Shown piece by piece: positions 6,847 through 14,433 of a stretch of 32,000 bases of DNA. The notes below the pieces were generated by a model. That model worked only from the letters and a program-made list of their open reading frames with translations. It was not told where the DNA came from and did not search any database. The stretch's first letter is position 1. Each line of letters starts with the position of its first letter. The position numbers and the translations under genes are program-made. Source of the stretch: Vulcanisaeta distributa DSM 14429 (GTDB lineage Archaea; Thermoproteota; Thermoprotei; Thermoproteales; Thermocladiaceae); assembly GCF_000148385.1 (NCBI RefSeq), contig NC_014537.1, positions 1,200,001 through 1,232,000 on the forward strand, given 5' to 3'.

Positions 6847-8123
6847 TGGGCATGGGTAGTAATGAGAAGTATGCAGAGTTGCCCGTTAGGATGGAGGTGC
6901 CTGAGGAGTTTGTTAGGAATTTCGTACCGATACCAAAGGAGTACGTTGAGGAGGCATACAGGAGTGATGAGTACCTGGTCTTCATTGGTCCTCAACACCC
7001 AGGGAGTGGACACATGAGGATAATACTCAGGCTTAAGGGTGACTACATAGTTGATGCAATACCGGACCCGGGCTACGTCCACAGGGGCGTGGAGAAGCTT
7101 GCCGAGACTAGGCTATACATACACATATTACCGCTCATCGAGAGACCTACGATTCAGGACTCAGCAAACTTTGACCTCGGTTACTCACGTGTGGTGGAGA
7201 AGCTGGCTGACCTAGACGTGCCCAAGAGGGCTCAGTACATTAGGGTTATACTGGCTGAGCTGAGTAGGATAGCCACACACCTATACGATACTGGAATACT
7301 CGCAGTATTCATTGGTCACAGCACGGGGTACATGTGGGCCTTCGGGCTTAGGGATGTGATTAATGAGGCCTTCATAAGGATTACTGGCACGAGGACGACG
7401 CTTAGCTATACAGTGCCAGGTGGCGTTAGGTGGGATGTTAAGCCTGAGGTCCTTAACTTTGTGTATGAATTAACGAATTACCTGGAGAGGAAGATGAGGG
7501 ACATGGAGTCGATATTCGTTAAGAACCCGGTGACGATACATAGGCTTAAGGAGGTTGGCGTACTAACGAAGGAGGAGGCTATTAAGTACGGTCTTGTCGG
7601 CCCATTCCTTAGGGCGTCAGGTGTTGAGTATGATGTTAGGAAGGTTGAGCCGTACGAGGTGTATAATGAGTTTGAGTGGGACATACCGGTGGCTGATGAT
7701 GGTGATTCATACTCGAGGTTCCTGGTTAGGGTTGAGGAGATTAGGCAGAGTATTAAAATAATTAGACAAGCCGTCAAGAATATACCAGACACACCAATAA
7801 TAAGTGAGAAACTACTCTCAAGAATACCGCCAAAGGATAGGCCGCAGGCTGCCAAGGACATTAGGACATTCCTAACAAAAACTCATGTGGGATTAACACC
7901 AGGCGCTGGCGAGGCGACAACATTGACAGAGGCCTCAAGAGGACTACTACTGTTTACATTAATATCTGACGGGCATAGTAACGTGCCGTACAGGCTAAGG
8001 ATGGTCACACCATCATGGCTACTGCTCAGAGGATTCATGGAGGCACTAAAGGGCTACAGGCTAGCGGATGTACCAGCCATATATGGAAGTTTTGGCTACT
8101 TCCCGCCGGAGGCTGATAGATAA
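6843..8123 (+). CDS. nuoD: NADH-quinone oxidoreductase subunit D
   Basis: 426 aa. FIGPQHPGSGHMRIILRLKGDYIVDAIPDPGYVHRGVEKLAE and C-terminal IYGSFGYFPPEADR are classic NuoD/49-kDa signatures. The start overlaps the nuoBC stop. Confidence 0.95.
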   Translation: MMGMGSNEKYAELPVRMEVPEEFVRNFVPIPKEYVEEAYRSDEYLVFIGPQHPGSGHMRIILRLKGDYIVDAIPDPGYVHRGVEKLAETRLYIHILPLIERPTIQDSANFDLGYSRVVEKLADLDVPKRAQYIRVILAELSRIATHLYDTGILAVFIGHSTGYMWAFGLRDVINEAFIRITGTRTTLSYTVPGGVRWDVKPEVLNFVYELTNYLERKMRDMESIFVKNPVTIHRLKEVGVLTKEEAIKYGLVGPFLRASGVEYDVRKVEPYEVYNEFEWDIPVADDGDSYSRFLVRVEEIRQSIKIIRQAVKNIPDTPIISEKLLSRIPPKDRPQAAKDIRTFLTKTHVGLTPGAGEATTLTEASRGLLLFTLISDGHSNVPYRLRMVTPSWLLLRGFMEALKGYRLADVPAIYGSFGYFPPEADR

Positions 8124-8393
8124 TTATGAAATTAAGTCATGAGAAAAATTAAAATTTCTTAACCTATCGAGAGGGCTACGGACACGCTTTCTGTGGGATT
8201 AAGTGATTGGATGTTTAATGGGTGGGCAGTGTTTACGTGCTATAAGTATTATAAGTATAAGGTTTATGAGGCTAAATTGAGTGTGAATAATTTAATGCCC
8301 TGCATTGATAAGGTTAGGGCATTGGTTAGAGAGACTGAAAATGCATTAAGTCGGTAAGGTTCAGGAAGTAACTGCAAACCTTGCTCATTAGTG

Positions 8394-8402
8394 CTTTATA
8401 TA
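8394..8402 (+). promoter_or_regulatory. TATA-box-like element (CTTTATATA) upstream of the NurA-like gene
   Basis: Lies inside the longest ORF (GTG 8391), about 29 nt upstream of in-frame ATG 8427. This argues for a leaderless start at 8427. Confidence 0.45.
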
Positions 8403-8426
8403 CCTCCCTGTAATCAATGCCTTGAG

Positions 8427-9623
8427 ATGTTACCTAGTGATTATGGGCCTGGAGATATTGAGTTTTGGATTGAACCTCCATTACTACTTTCCATACAATC
8501 AGATGTGAAGAAAATGCTTGATGAAGGTGTTGATTCGCAGATACTTACCCTGGTCCGTGAGTTAAGGAGGGTTATTGAGGATAGAGGCTTGATTAAGGGT
8601 ATTGGTTCATCGACGAAGGCCTTTAATGCTTATGCAATCGATTCGAGCTACCCGACCCCACCTCTTGAGCTCATTGGTGGTGTCATGACTGTGCTCTCCT
8701 ATGGCTATGTGGGTTACCTTAACGGTTCATATGATAGGTATATGACTGGTGAGGTTGTTTTTGAGGATGTAAGTGAATTTGAGAGGGTGATTACTAGGAG
8801 GGCTCAGGTCAGGGAGAGGGAGTTGGCAATTAAGCTTCTTCGTGATAAGGCCAGGGGTAGGAAGGGGGTTGACCTGGTGATACTTGATGGCGAAATACCA
8901 GTACACCCGCTACCGTATAACTTACCAGTTGAGGGCGGCGTGCTTGCTCGCGTTACGAATGTGGTTGGCGATCTACTAGAATTGGCTATGAAGACTAAGA
9001 CGCCGATTATTGGTGTTGTTAAGAGGGTTAGGTCCAGGTTTCTCTCGGTATTAACCAATGAGTGCTTGCCAATGAATGATAAACTTATTGCAAGCTTGGT
9101 CCTAAATAACGGCGAGTACATGGTGCTTGGGAACTACGGTGATATATTGCCCCAGTGGCTTCGGATAAACTATGGCGATTGTGAGTTAAGGAAAAGGTGC
9201 AGGGGTGGAAAGTGCGACGACATTAGAGATTTGATGAGTAGGAGACTTAGTGAGGGTTTGGTAAACCTTGAGAGGGTATTTAGCGGATCTACTCACCCTG
9301 GCTTGAAGATGCTTCGTGACATATACGTAGTATTTTATAAGCCACGTAATGGTGCACCCGCGGTTAAGCTTGAGGTCTTTAATCCAAGTGATGGGGTGAG
9401 TGTTGAGGAGTTGGTGGCGTATCTTGAGTCGCAAACCACGGATACTGGTTACCCATTCCTGCTTGATAGGGTTGATGAGTATGTTAGACTCGACCCCAGG
9501 ATACTGGATTATGTGAGGAGCTTATTAATTAAGGATTCAAAGGATTTAAATCCAGCACTGTTAACCATGCTACAATTGACAAATCCACAAAAGGCCTACT
9601 TAGTGAGGAGACTTGAGGCGTGA
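8427..9623 (+). CDS. NurA-domain nuclease-like protein (stand-alone, no HerA neighbour)
   Basis: NurA-like motif series: AYAIDSSYP (acidic motif I), VDLVILDGEIP, IIGVVKRVRSRFL (the G-V-x-K-x-S type strand). The maximal ORF starts at GTG 8391 (410 aa). I prefer ATG 8427 because of the TATA position. Confidence 0.65.
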   Translation: MLPSDYGPGDIEFWIEPPLLLSIQSDVKKMLDEGVDSQILTLVRELRRVIEDRGLIKGIGSSTKAFNAYAIDSSYPTPPLELIGGVMTVLSYGYVGYLNGSYDRYMTGEVVFEDVSEFERVITRRAQVRERELAIKLLRDKARGRKGVDLVILDGEIPVHPLPYNLPVEGGVLARVTNVVGDLLELAMKTKTPIIGVVKRVRSRFLSVLTNECLPMNDKLIASLVLNNGEYMVLGNYGDILPQWLRINYGDCELRKRCRGGKCDDIRDLMSRRLSEGLVNLERVFSGSTHPGLKMLRDIYVVFYKPRNGAPAVKLEVFNPSDGVSVEELVAYLESQTTDTGYPFLLDRVDEYVRLDPRILDYVRSLLIKDSKDLNPALLTMLQLTNPQKAYLVRRLEA

Positions 9624-9681
9624 TTTCAGGTTTATTTTGGTGAGCTATCTTTAATAACTGGAAAGTAGGGTTGTCATCGTA

Positions 9682-10098
9682 ATGAGGATTGGCATTAGGA
9701 TGAGGGGCTTGATAATAAAGGTTTCTGTATTTTTGTCATTGGCAATAGCCGCTGTTGTGGGTATACGATTCGTCAGCCCCGTCCTTGCGCCAATAATAAT
9801 TCTCATACTACTTATACTAGTAATCCTCCTTAATAAGTTAATAAATAGAAAGTTAGCCAGCATGTGGGGTCCGCAATTATTGAGTATTGATAATTACGCA
9901 ATCTATGAAAAGGGCATATACGTGAAGCCAATGGACGCATTCTATCCATGGAGTGAATTAATCATGGTACGTAATGACCAATCAATAATAACGTTTGTGT
10001 TTAATGACGGCACTGAGATCTCATTATCGGAAAGCATTATTGAGAGTTTACGGGGTTGTCCCTGCATTAACAGAATTGATAATGCAGTGGGTAAATAA
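9682..10098 (+). CDS. Membrane protein with two N-terminal TM helices and a small beta-rich (PH-like?) C-terminal domain
   Basis: 138 aa. TM segments VSVFLSLAIAAVVGIRFV and VLAPIIILILLILVILL. The C-terminal YAIYEKGIYVKPMDAFYPWSELIMVRNDQSIITFVFNDGTEISL resembles bacterial PH-like domains (weak). Confidence 0.55.
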   Translation: MRIGIRMRGLIIKVSVFLSLAIAAVVGIRFVSPVLAPIIILILLILVILLNKLINRKLASMWGPQLLSIDNYAIYEKGIYVKPMDAFYPWSELIMVRNDQSIITFVFNDGTEISLSESIIESLRGCPCINRIDNAVGK

Positions 10099-10139
10099 TA
10101 AATAGTACTAATCCAGTACTAAGGAACGGTGATTCCTCA

Positions 10140-11465
10140 TTGCGGAGGGTAATAATACTGGGTGCAGGCGGTCGAGACCTCCACGTATTTAACATGTACT
10201 TCAGGCATAACCCAGAGTATAAGGTCGTGGCAGTCGCCCAGGTTCAAATACCCGGTATTGGCGGTAAGCGGTACATTAAGGGTGCCGGAGACCTTTATCA
10301 ACCAGGCGGTATACCACTTATTGGCCTTAAGGATCTTGAGGATCTCGGTCGGTTAATAAGGGATTTGGGCGCTGACGAGGTTGTCCTAGCCTACAGTGAC
10401 CTGCTATATAATGATGTTGGTAGGATAATAAGCATCGTGCTAGCAAACGGCGCAAGCTTTAGTATTCTTGGTCCTAGGGATACCATGATAAAGTCCTCAA
10501 AGCCCATGATTGGCGTGGTGGCTACGAGGACCGGTGCTGGTAAATCAACTGTCTCGCATGAGGTAACGCTTGAGCTTGTTAAGAGGGGGTTGAAGGTTGC
10601 AGCGATTAGGCATCCAATGATTTACATGAACCCTGATGACATGATGGTGCAGATCTTCAGGACTAGGCAGGATTTGATGAAGATAACGTTTGAGGAGAGG
10701 GAGGAGTACGAGCACTACATAGACATTGGCGTGCCTGTACTAGCTGGTGTTGATTATGAGATGATCCTCAATGAAGCTGAGTCCATGGCTGACGTATTGC
10801 TATGGGATGGTGGCAATAACGACTTCCCATTCTACTATACCGATTACTTAATAACAGTTACTGACGCCAGGAGACCGGGACATGAGGTTGGTAGCTTCCC
10901 TGGCGAGGTTAATACAAGGCTTGCTGATGCTGTGATAGTTACTAAGGTCTCTGACTCAACCCCTGAGAATGTTAAGACTGTAATTAGTAATATTAAGGCC
11001 GTAAACCCAAGGGCATCAATAACACAGGCAGATCTTGAGGTTTATTTAGACAATCCAAATGCCGTGGCTGGTAAGAAGGTCGTAATCATCGAGGACGCCC
11101 CAACAGTAACGCATGGTGGTTTACCATACGCGGCAGGATACATAGCTGCCAAGAAGTACAATGCTGAGATAGTGGATCCAAAGCCATACGCCGTGGGCAT
11201 AATAAAGGAGACCTACGCAAAGTACACGCACATGGGACCAGTACTACCAAGCCTGGGCTACACCCCAGAGCAGATTAAGGATTTAGAGGAGACCATAAGG
11301 AGGATACCCGCTGATGTAGTAATCATGGGTACCCCAGCCCACATTGAGGATGTTGTTAAGATTGATAAGCCCATAGTTAGGGCTAAATGGAGGCTCAAGA
11401 TCCTTGAGGGACCAACGGTGAGCCAATTAATTGATGAATTCCTTGAGCGTGTGAAACTTAAGTAG
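10140..11465 (+). CDS. COG2403-type P-loop protein (predicted GTPase / cyclic 2,3-diphosphoglycerate synthetase-like family)
   Basis: 441 aa with a TTG start. N-terminal VIILGAGGRDLHVFN, Walker A VVATRTGAGKST and LLWDGGNNDFPF fit my memory of the COG2403 family. Function in crenarchaea is not established. Confidence 0.65.
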   Translation: MRRVIILGAGGRDLHVFNMYFRHNPEYKVVAVAQVQIPGIGGKRYIKGAGDLYQPGGIPLIGLKDLEDLGRLIRDLGADEVVLAYSDLLYNDVGRIISIVLANGASFSILGPRDTMIKSSKPMIGVVATRTGAGKSTVSHEVTLELVKRGLKVAAIRHPMIYMNPDDMMVQIFRTRQDLMKITFEEREEYEHYIDIGVPVLAGVDYEMILNEAESMADVLLWDGGNNDFPFYYTDYLITVTDARRPGHEVGSFPGEVNTRLADAVIVTKVSDSTPENVKTVISNIKAVNPRASITQADLEVYLDNPNAVAGKKVVIIEDAPTVTHGGLPYAAGYIAAKKYNAEIVDPKPYAVGIIKETYAKYTHMGPVLPSLGYTPEQIKDLEETIRRIPADVVIMGTPAHIEDVVKIDKPIVRAKWRLKILEGPTVSQLIDEFLERVKLK

Positions 11466-12087
11466 GTTGGTGCGACTTAACTAAGTCAATTAAATACTTC
11501 GGTATTGGTTTATTATTCGTACTAATTGGCATTCCATAAACGGTCATTACCGGTATCACCCCCTCCCAATGCATATCACTGATGACGGTAGGCCCACCCT
11601 CCCTCCTTTTAATCGCAAAGTCCTCAATCCTAACCTTAACAACAGCTACGGAGTTCAACTCCTCAACAGATGGTAACTCAGTATCGTTTAGTCTACCAGG
11701 TACTAACCTATTAACCATTAATTGAAAGACGCGAAGCTTCTCATTAGGGTCGTTAACAAATGATCCCTTACCGTATATGATGACCGACTCGTAATTAATC
11801 GAGTTATTACACAAATTACTTGCAAGGACTATACCGTGAACCTCCGTAATAGCAATAACTATGGGCGATCCACTACCCACAATCTTAATCAACCTACTGT
11901 CAGGCGAACCATGCATGTAGATGTATTGGTCATCATTTACGTAAAGCATTGGTATTACGTATGGCTCACCACCATCGATGAAACCCACATGGCATATGAA
12001 ATTCCTGCTTAACAACTTCATCAATTCATCCCTATCGTAGGACGCCCTCTCACTATACCTCACAACCTTAACCTTACGAGAACCCAT
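11458..12087 (-). CDS. Pyridoxamine 5'-phosphate oxidase-family FMN-binding split-barrel protein
   Basis: 209 aa. ASYDRDELMKLLSRNFICHVGFIDGGEPYVIPMLYVNDDQYIYMHGS is typical of the Pyridox_ox_2-type general stress/flavin reductase family. Confidence 0.7.
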   Translation of the reverse strand: MGSRKVKVVRYSERASYDRDELMKLLSRNFICHVGFIDGGEPYVIPMLYVNDDQYIYMHGSPDSRLIKIVGSGSPIVIAITEVHGIVLASNLCNNSINYESVIIYGKGSFVNDPNEKLRVFQLMVNRLVPGRLNDTELPSVEELNSVAVVKVRIEDFAIKRREGGPTVISDMHWEGVIPVMTVYGMPISTNNKPIPKYLIDLVKSHQPT

Positions 12088-12181
12088 GCAACGTGTACAT
12101 CTTGAATTAATTTAAGAATTACCATTATAACACGTTATACCAACCAACTCCTTTTGAGGAATCACTTAGCGGTCTTAATAA

Positions 12182-13096
12182 TCATACTTCACGAGCCCTC
12201 GACTTATCGTAAGACTCCCACAGCTCATCCACGTTGAAGCTATAGACCTTACTTAACGTCACACTACGCCTCAGGTATAGGTGCAGGTCGAGCTCATCGG
12301 TGAACCCTATACCTCCATGTACCTGGATACTGTCCCTAATCGTATTTGGGATAATCCTTGATGCGTAGTCCAACGCCATGGGCGCTAGCTTCAAGTCATC
12401 GGCAGCCCTTAGGTATAGTGACCTGGCGAGCTCTATGTTAAGTGCCATGTTCACCAATTTATGTTTCACGGCCTGGAATGCACCTATTGGTCTACCGAAG
12501 GCAATCCTCTTCTTTGCGTAATCCACCGATAACTCAAGCGGTGGTTTACCGGTACCAACTATGGCTGCGGATAGTAGGAGCGCTACTAAGTCTCTATTCA
12601 CACCTACCTTAGTACTCCTCCTAAAGTTGACTTGGCACCACCTCATCGAGTTATCGAAGGAGTTCAGCGGCTTTACCGAGGCATCATCCTTCCAGATTAG
12701 GTTATCGCCAATTACTATGACGTCAGCCCTATGCGCCTCGGGCGCCATATTTGCGGTGCTTGATATCGATATTTTCAACTTACCCTCATACTTCTCATCA
12801 CCTAATTCATTACCCGTGGCTACGGCGCCTATTATTGTCGTTATGACAATACCAGGCGGAAGCCTTGAGCTCACCTCCTCCATCAGTATTGCTGCATCCC
12901 TCGGCTTGGCGTCCCTGAAGAATTCAAACAATCCAAAATTCACCAAGGCCTTCCATAATTCATCAAGTACTGATGTATCGCCTTCACTATAACTCCTTAG
13001 TTTGGCGGTTGACCATACCTTATTGAAGAGTTCATTCAGATTGTTCAGTATTATTTTCAGTTCCTCATTTAAGTAATCCTTAATGCCGATAATCAT
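12182..13096 (-). CDS. Acyl-CoA dehydrogenase-like protein, short form (putative non-FAD beta subunit)
   Basis: The C-terminal ACAD helical domain is clear (KRIAFGRPIGAFQAVKHKLVNMALNIELARSLYLRAA, IQVHGGIGFTDELDLHLYLRR). The protein is only about 304 aa and lacks the GFSEPxxGSD-type middle-domain motif. ATG 13094-13096 sits 1 nt after the upstream ACAD stop. The ORF track's 13135 start looks like an extension. Confidence 0.8.
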   Translation of the reverse strand: MIIGIKDYLNEELKIILNNLNELFNKVWSTAKLRSYSEGDTSVLDELWKALVNFGLFEFFRDAKPRDAAILMEEVSSRLPPGIVITTIIGAVATGNELGDEKYEGKLKISISSTANMAPEAHRADVIVIGDNLIWKDDASVKPLNSFDNSMRWCQVNFRRSTKVGVNRDLVALLLSAAIVGTGKPPLELSVDYAKKRIAFGRPIGAFQAVKHKLVNMALNIELARSLYLRAADDLKLAPMALDYASRIIPNTIRDSIQVHGGIGFTDELDLHLYLRRSVTLSKVYSFNVDELWESYDKSRAREV

Positions 13097-13097
13097 A

Positions 13098-14231
13098 CTA
13101 AACACCCTTTGGAAGCCCAAGCACGAGCTCTCCAAGGAGGTTACGCAGGATTTCAGAAGTGCCGGAGAGTATTGTATAGCCCTTACTATCTATATACCCA
13201 AAAGACCACTCGAATAAATCACCCTCAGCAAGAGCCTCGGGACCCAGCTTCGACACCGCCGCTATGTATATCTTCTCGAGAACCTCGGACGCCAACAACT
13301 TTATTGAAGCAGCCTCGGGCCCTACCATCTCACCCCTCAGTGCGAGCATGAGCATTCTATCATAAAGCTCCTTAACTGCCAGCGCCTCCTCGAGGAGCGC
13401 CAACGTATCCGCATCGCGCCTCACCTCCACCAGGTGCCTAGCGGCACTTGCTGCGGCGTAGGCGAAGGCGCCGCCTATGTTCAGTCTCTCGAAGTTCAGG
13501 GTAGTCATGGCAACCCTCCAGCCATCACCAACTTTACCAACCACGTTATCCTTGGGAACCTTAACATTATCTAGGAAGACCTCACTAAATCCAGGCCTGC
13601 CGTTAATCTGCTTTATCGGTCTATAGGTAATCCCCTCAGACCTGGTGTCTACGATAAACATCGTTAAGCCCTTATGCCTTTCCTCAGGTGAGCCAGTCCT
13701 AGCGAGCACTAGGTAGTAATTAGCCAAGTGGAAGTCGCTACTCCAGACCTTCCTACCATTCAGTACAAAGTAATCACCCCTATCCTCAGCCTTGGTGGTT
13801 ATTGCCGCCAAGTCCGAGCCGCAGCACGGCTCGGAGAAGCCCTGGGCCCAGACATCCTCACAAGTCAATATCCTCCTTAAATACCTCCTTTTCTGCTCTT
13901 CACTGCCATGAAACAGAATGGCGGGGCCCGCCACGGATAAGCCAATTCCTGGACAGCCGGGGTAGACAATACCGAGACTAAGCGCCACATCCCTAACTAC
14001 TAACTCCTTCCTTACGTCATCGCCATACCCACCATACTCCTTAGGCCAACTTATGCCGACTAAGCCGGCATTATATAATGTCCTGTGCCACCTAACGGCG
14101 GCATCAATGAACCTAGGGTCCTCATAGTACCAACCAATACCACCACGCCTAATCCTCATCTCAGGAGGAGCATTCTTAATAAACCAATCCTTAACGTAAT
14201 CCCTAAACCTCTCGAGTTCCGACTCAGACAT
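13098..14231 (-). CDS. Acyl-CoA dehydrogenase (putative alpha subunit)
   Basis: 377 aa with all three ACAD domains: HGSEEQKRRYL, WAQGFSEPCCGSDLAAITTKAEDRGDYFVLNGRKVWSS, C-terminal TILSGTSEILRNLLGE. The canonical catalytic Glu of the YEGT motif is replaced by Ser (LSGT). Confidence 0.9.
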   Translation of the reverse strand: MSESELERFRDYVKDWFIKNAPPEMRIRRGGIGWYYEDPRFIDAAVRWHRTLYNAGLVGISWPKEYGGYGDDVRKELVVRDVALSLGIVYPGCPGIGLSVAGPAILFHGSEEQKRRYLRRILTCEDVWAQGFSEPCCGSDLAAITTKAEDRGDYFVLNGRKVWSSDFHLANYYLVLARTGSPEERHKGLTMFIVDTRSEGITYRPIKQINGRPGFSEVFLDNVKVPKDNVVGKVGDGWRVAMTTLNFERLNIGGAFAYAAASAARHLVEVRRDADTLALLEEALAVKELYDRMLMLALRGEMVGPEAASIKLLASEVLEKIYIAAVSKLGPEALAEGDLFEWSFGYIDSKGYTILSGTSEILRNLLGELVLGLPKGV

Positions 14232-14360
14232 ATAACATTATTAGTTATTAGTTAATTGACTCTTAATAAACATTACCTCATCATTAATCATAATAATGTA
14301 AAGCGATCATACCATCAATATCCACAGCATGGTTTTATAGTAATATATCTATCAATTCAT

Positions 14361-14386
14361 AATCAATAATAAACGAATCAATAATA
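14361..14386. repeat. 11-bp direct repeat AATCAATAATA x2 in the divergent promoter region
   Basis: Exact copies at 14361-14371 and 14376-14386 within the about 200-bp AT-rich spacer between the ACAD operon (-) and the acyl-CoA synthetase gene (+). Candidate operator. Confidence 0.4.
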
Positions 14387-14433
14387 TGTACTTTCGAGAA
14401 AAACTTAAATAATTTTTATTTATAATAAATTCA

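Noticed and set aside
6620-7082. 121-aa and 150-aa minus-strand ORFs
   Set aside because: They are antisense to the nuoBC tail and nuoD start. They arise from the stop-poor, repetitive low-complexity region.
8211-8357. 48-aa ORF (MFNGWAVFTCYKYYKYKVYEAKLSVNNLMPCIDKVRALVRETENALSR) plus a 9-bp tandem TATAAGTAT x2 (8241-8258) in the gap after nuoD
   Set aside because: It is too short, has no recognisable motif and no well-spaced TATA element. I kept it only as a note that the 267-bp spacer 8124-8390 is otherwise unexplained. I also found no C/D-box or tRNA-like structure there.
9626-9680. Weak minus-strand C/D-like element (CGATGA ... CTGA, about 55 nt) between the NurA-like gene and the membrane-protein gene
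   Set aside because: The C box has a mismatch. No credible D'/C' boxes, and guide spacing is not 12 nt. It also abuts the next gene's start codon.
12561-12992. 143-aa plus-strand ORF
   Set aside because: Antisense shadow of the short ACAD-like gene.
13097-13135. N-terminal extension of the short ACAD ORF (start at 13135)
   Set aside because: It would overlap the upstream ACAD by 38 nt. An ATG 1 nt after the upstream stop gives a cleaner coupled start.
14232-14290. ATGATGA (minus strand) and small tandem TTATTAG x2 in the AT-rich spacer
   Set aside because: No D box follows the C-like box. The tandem is trivial in such AT-rich sequence.
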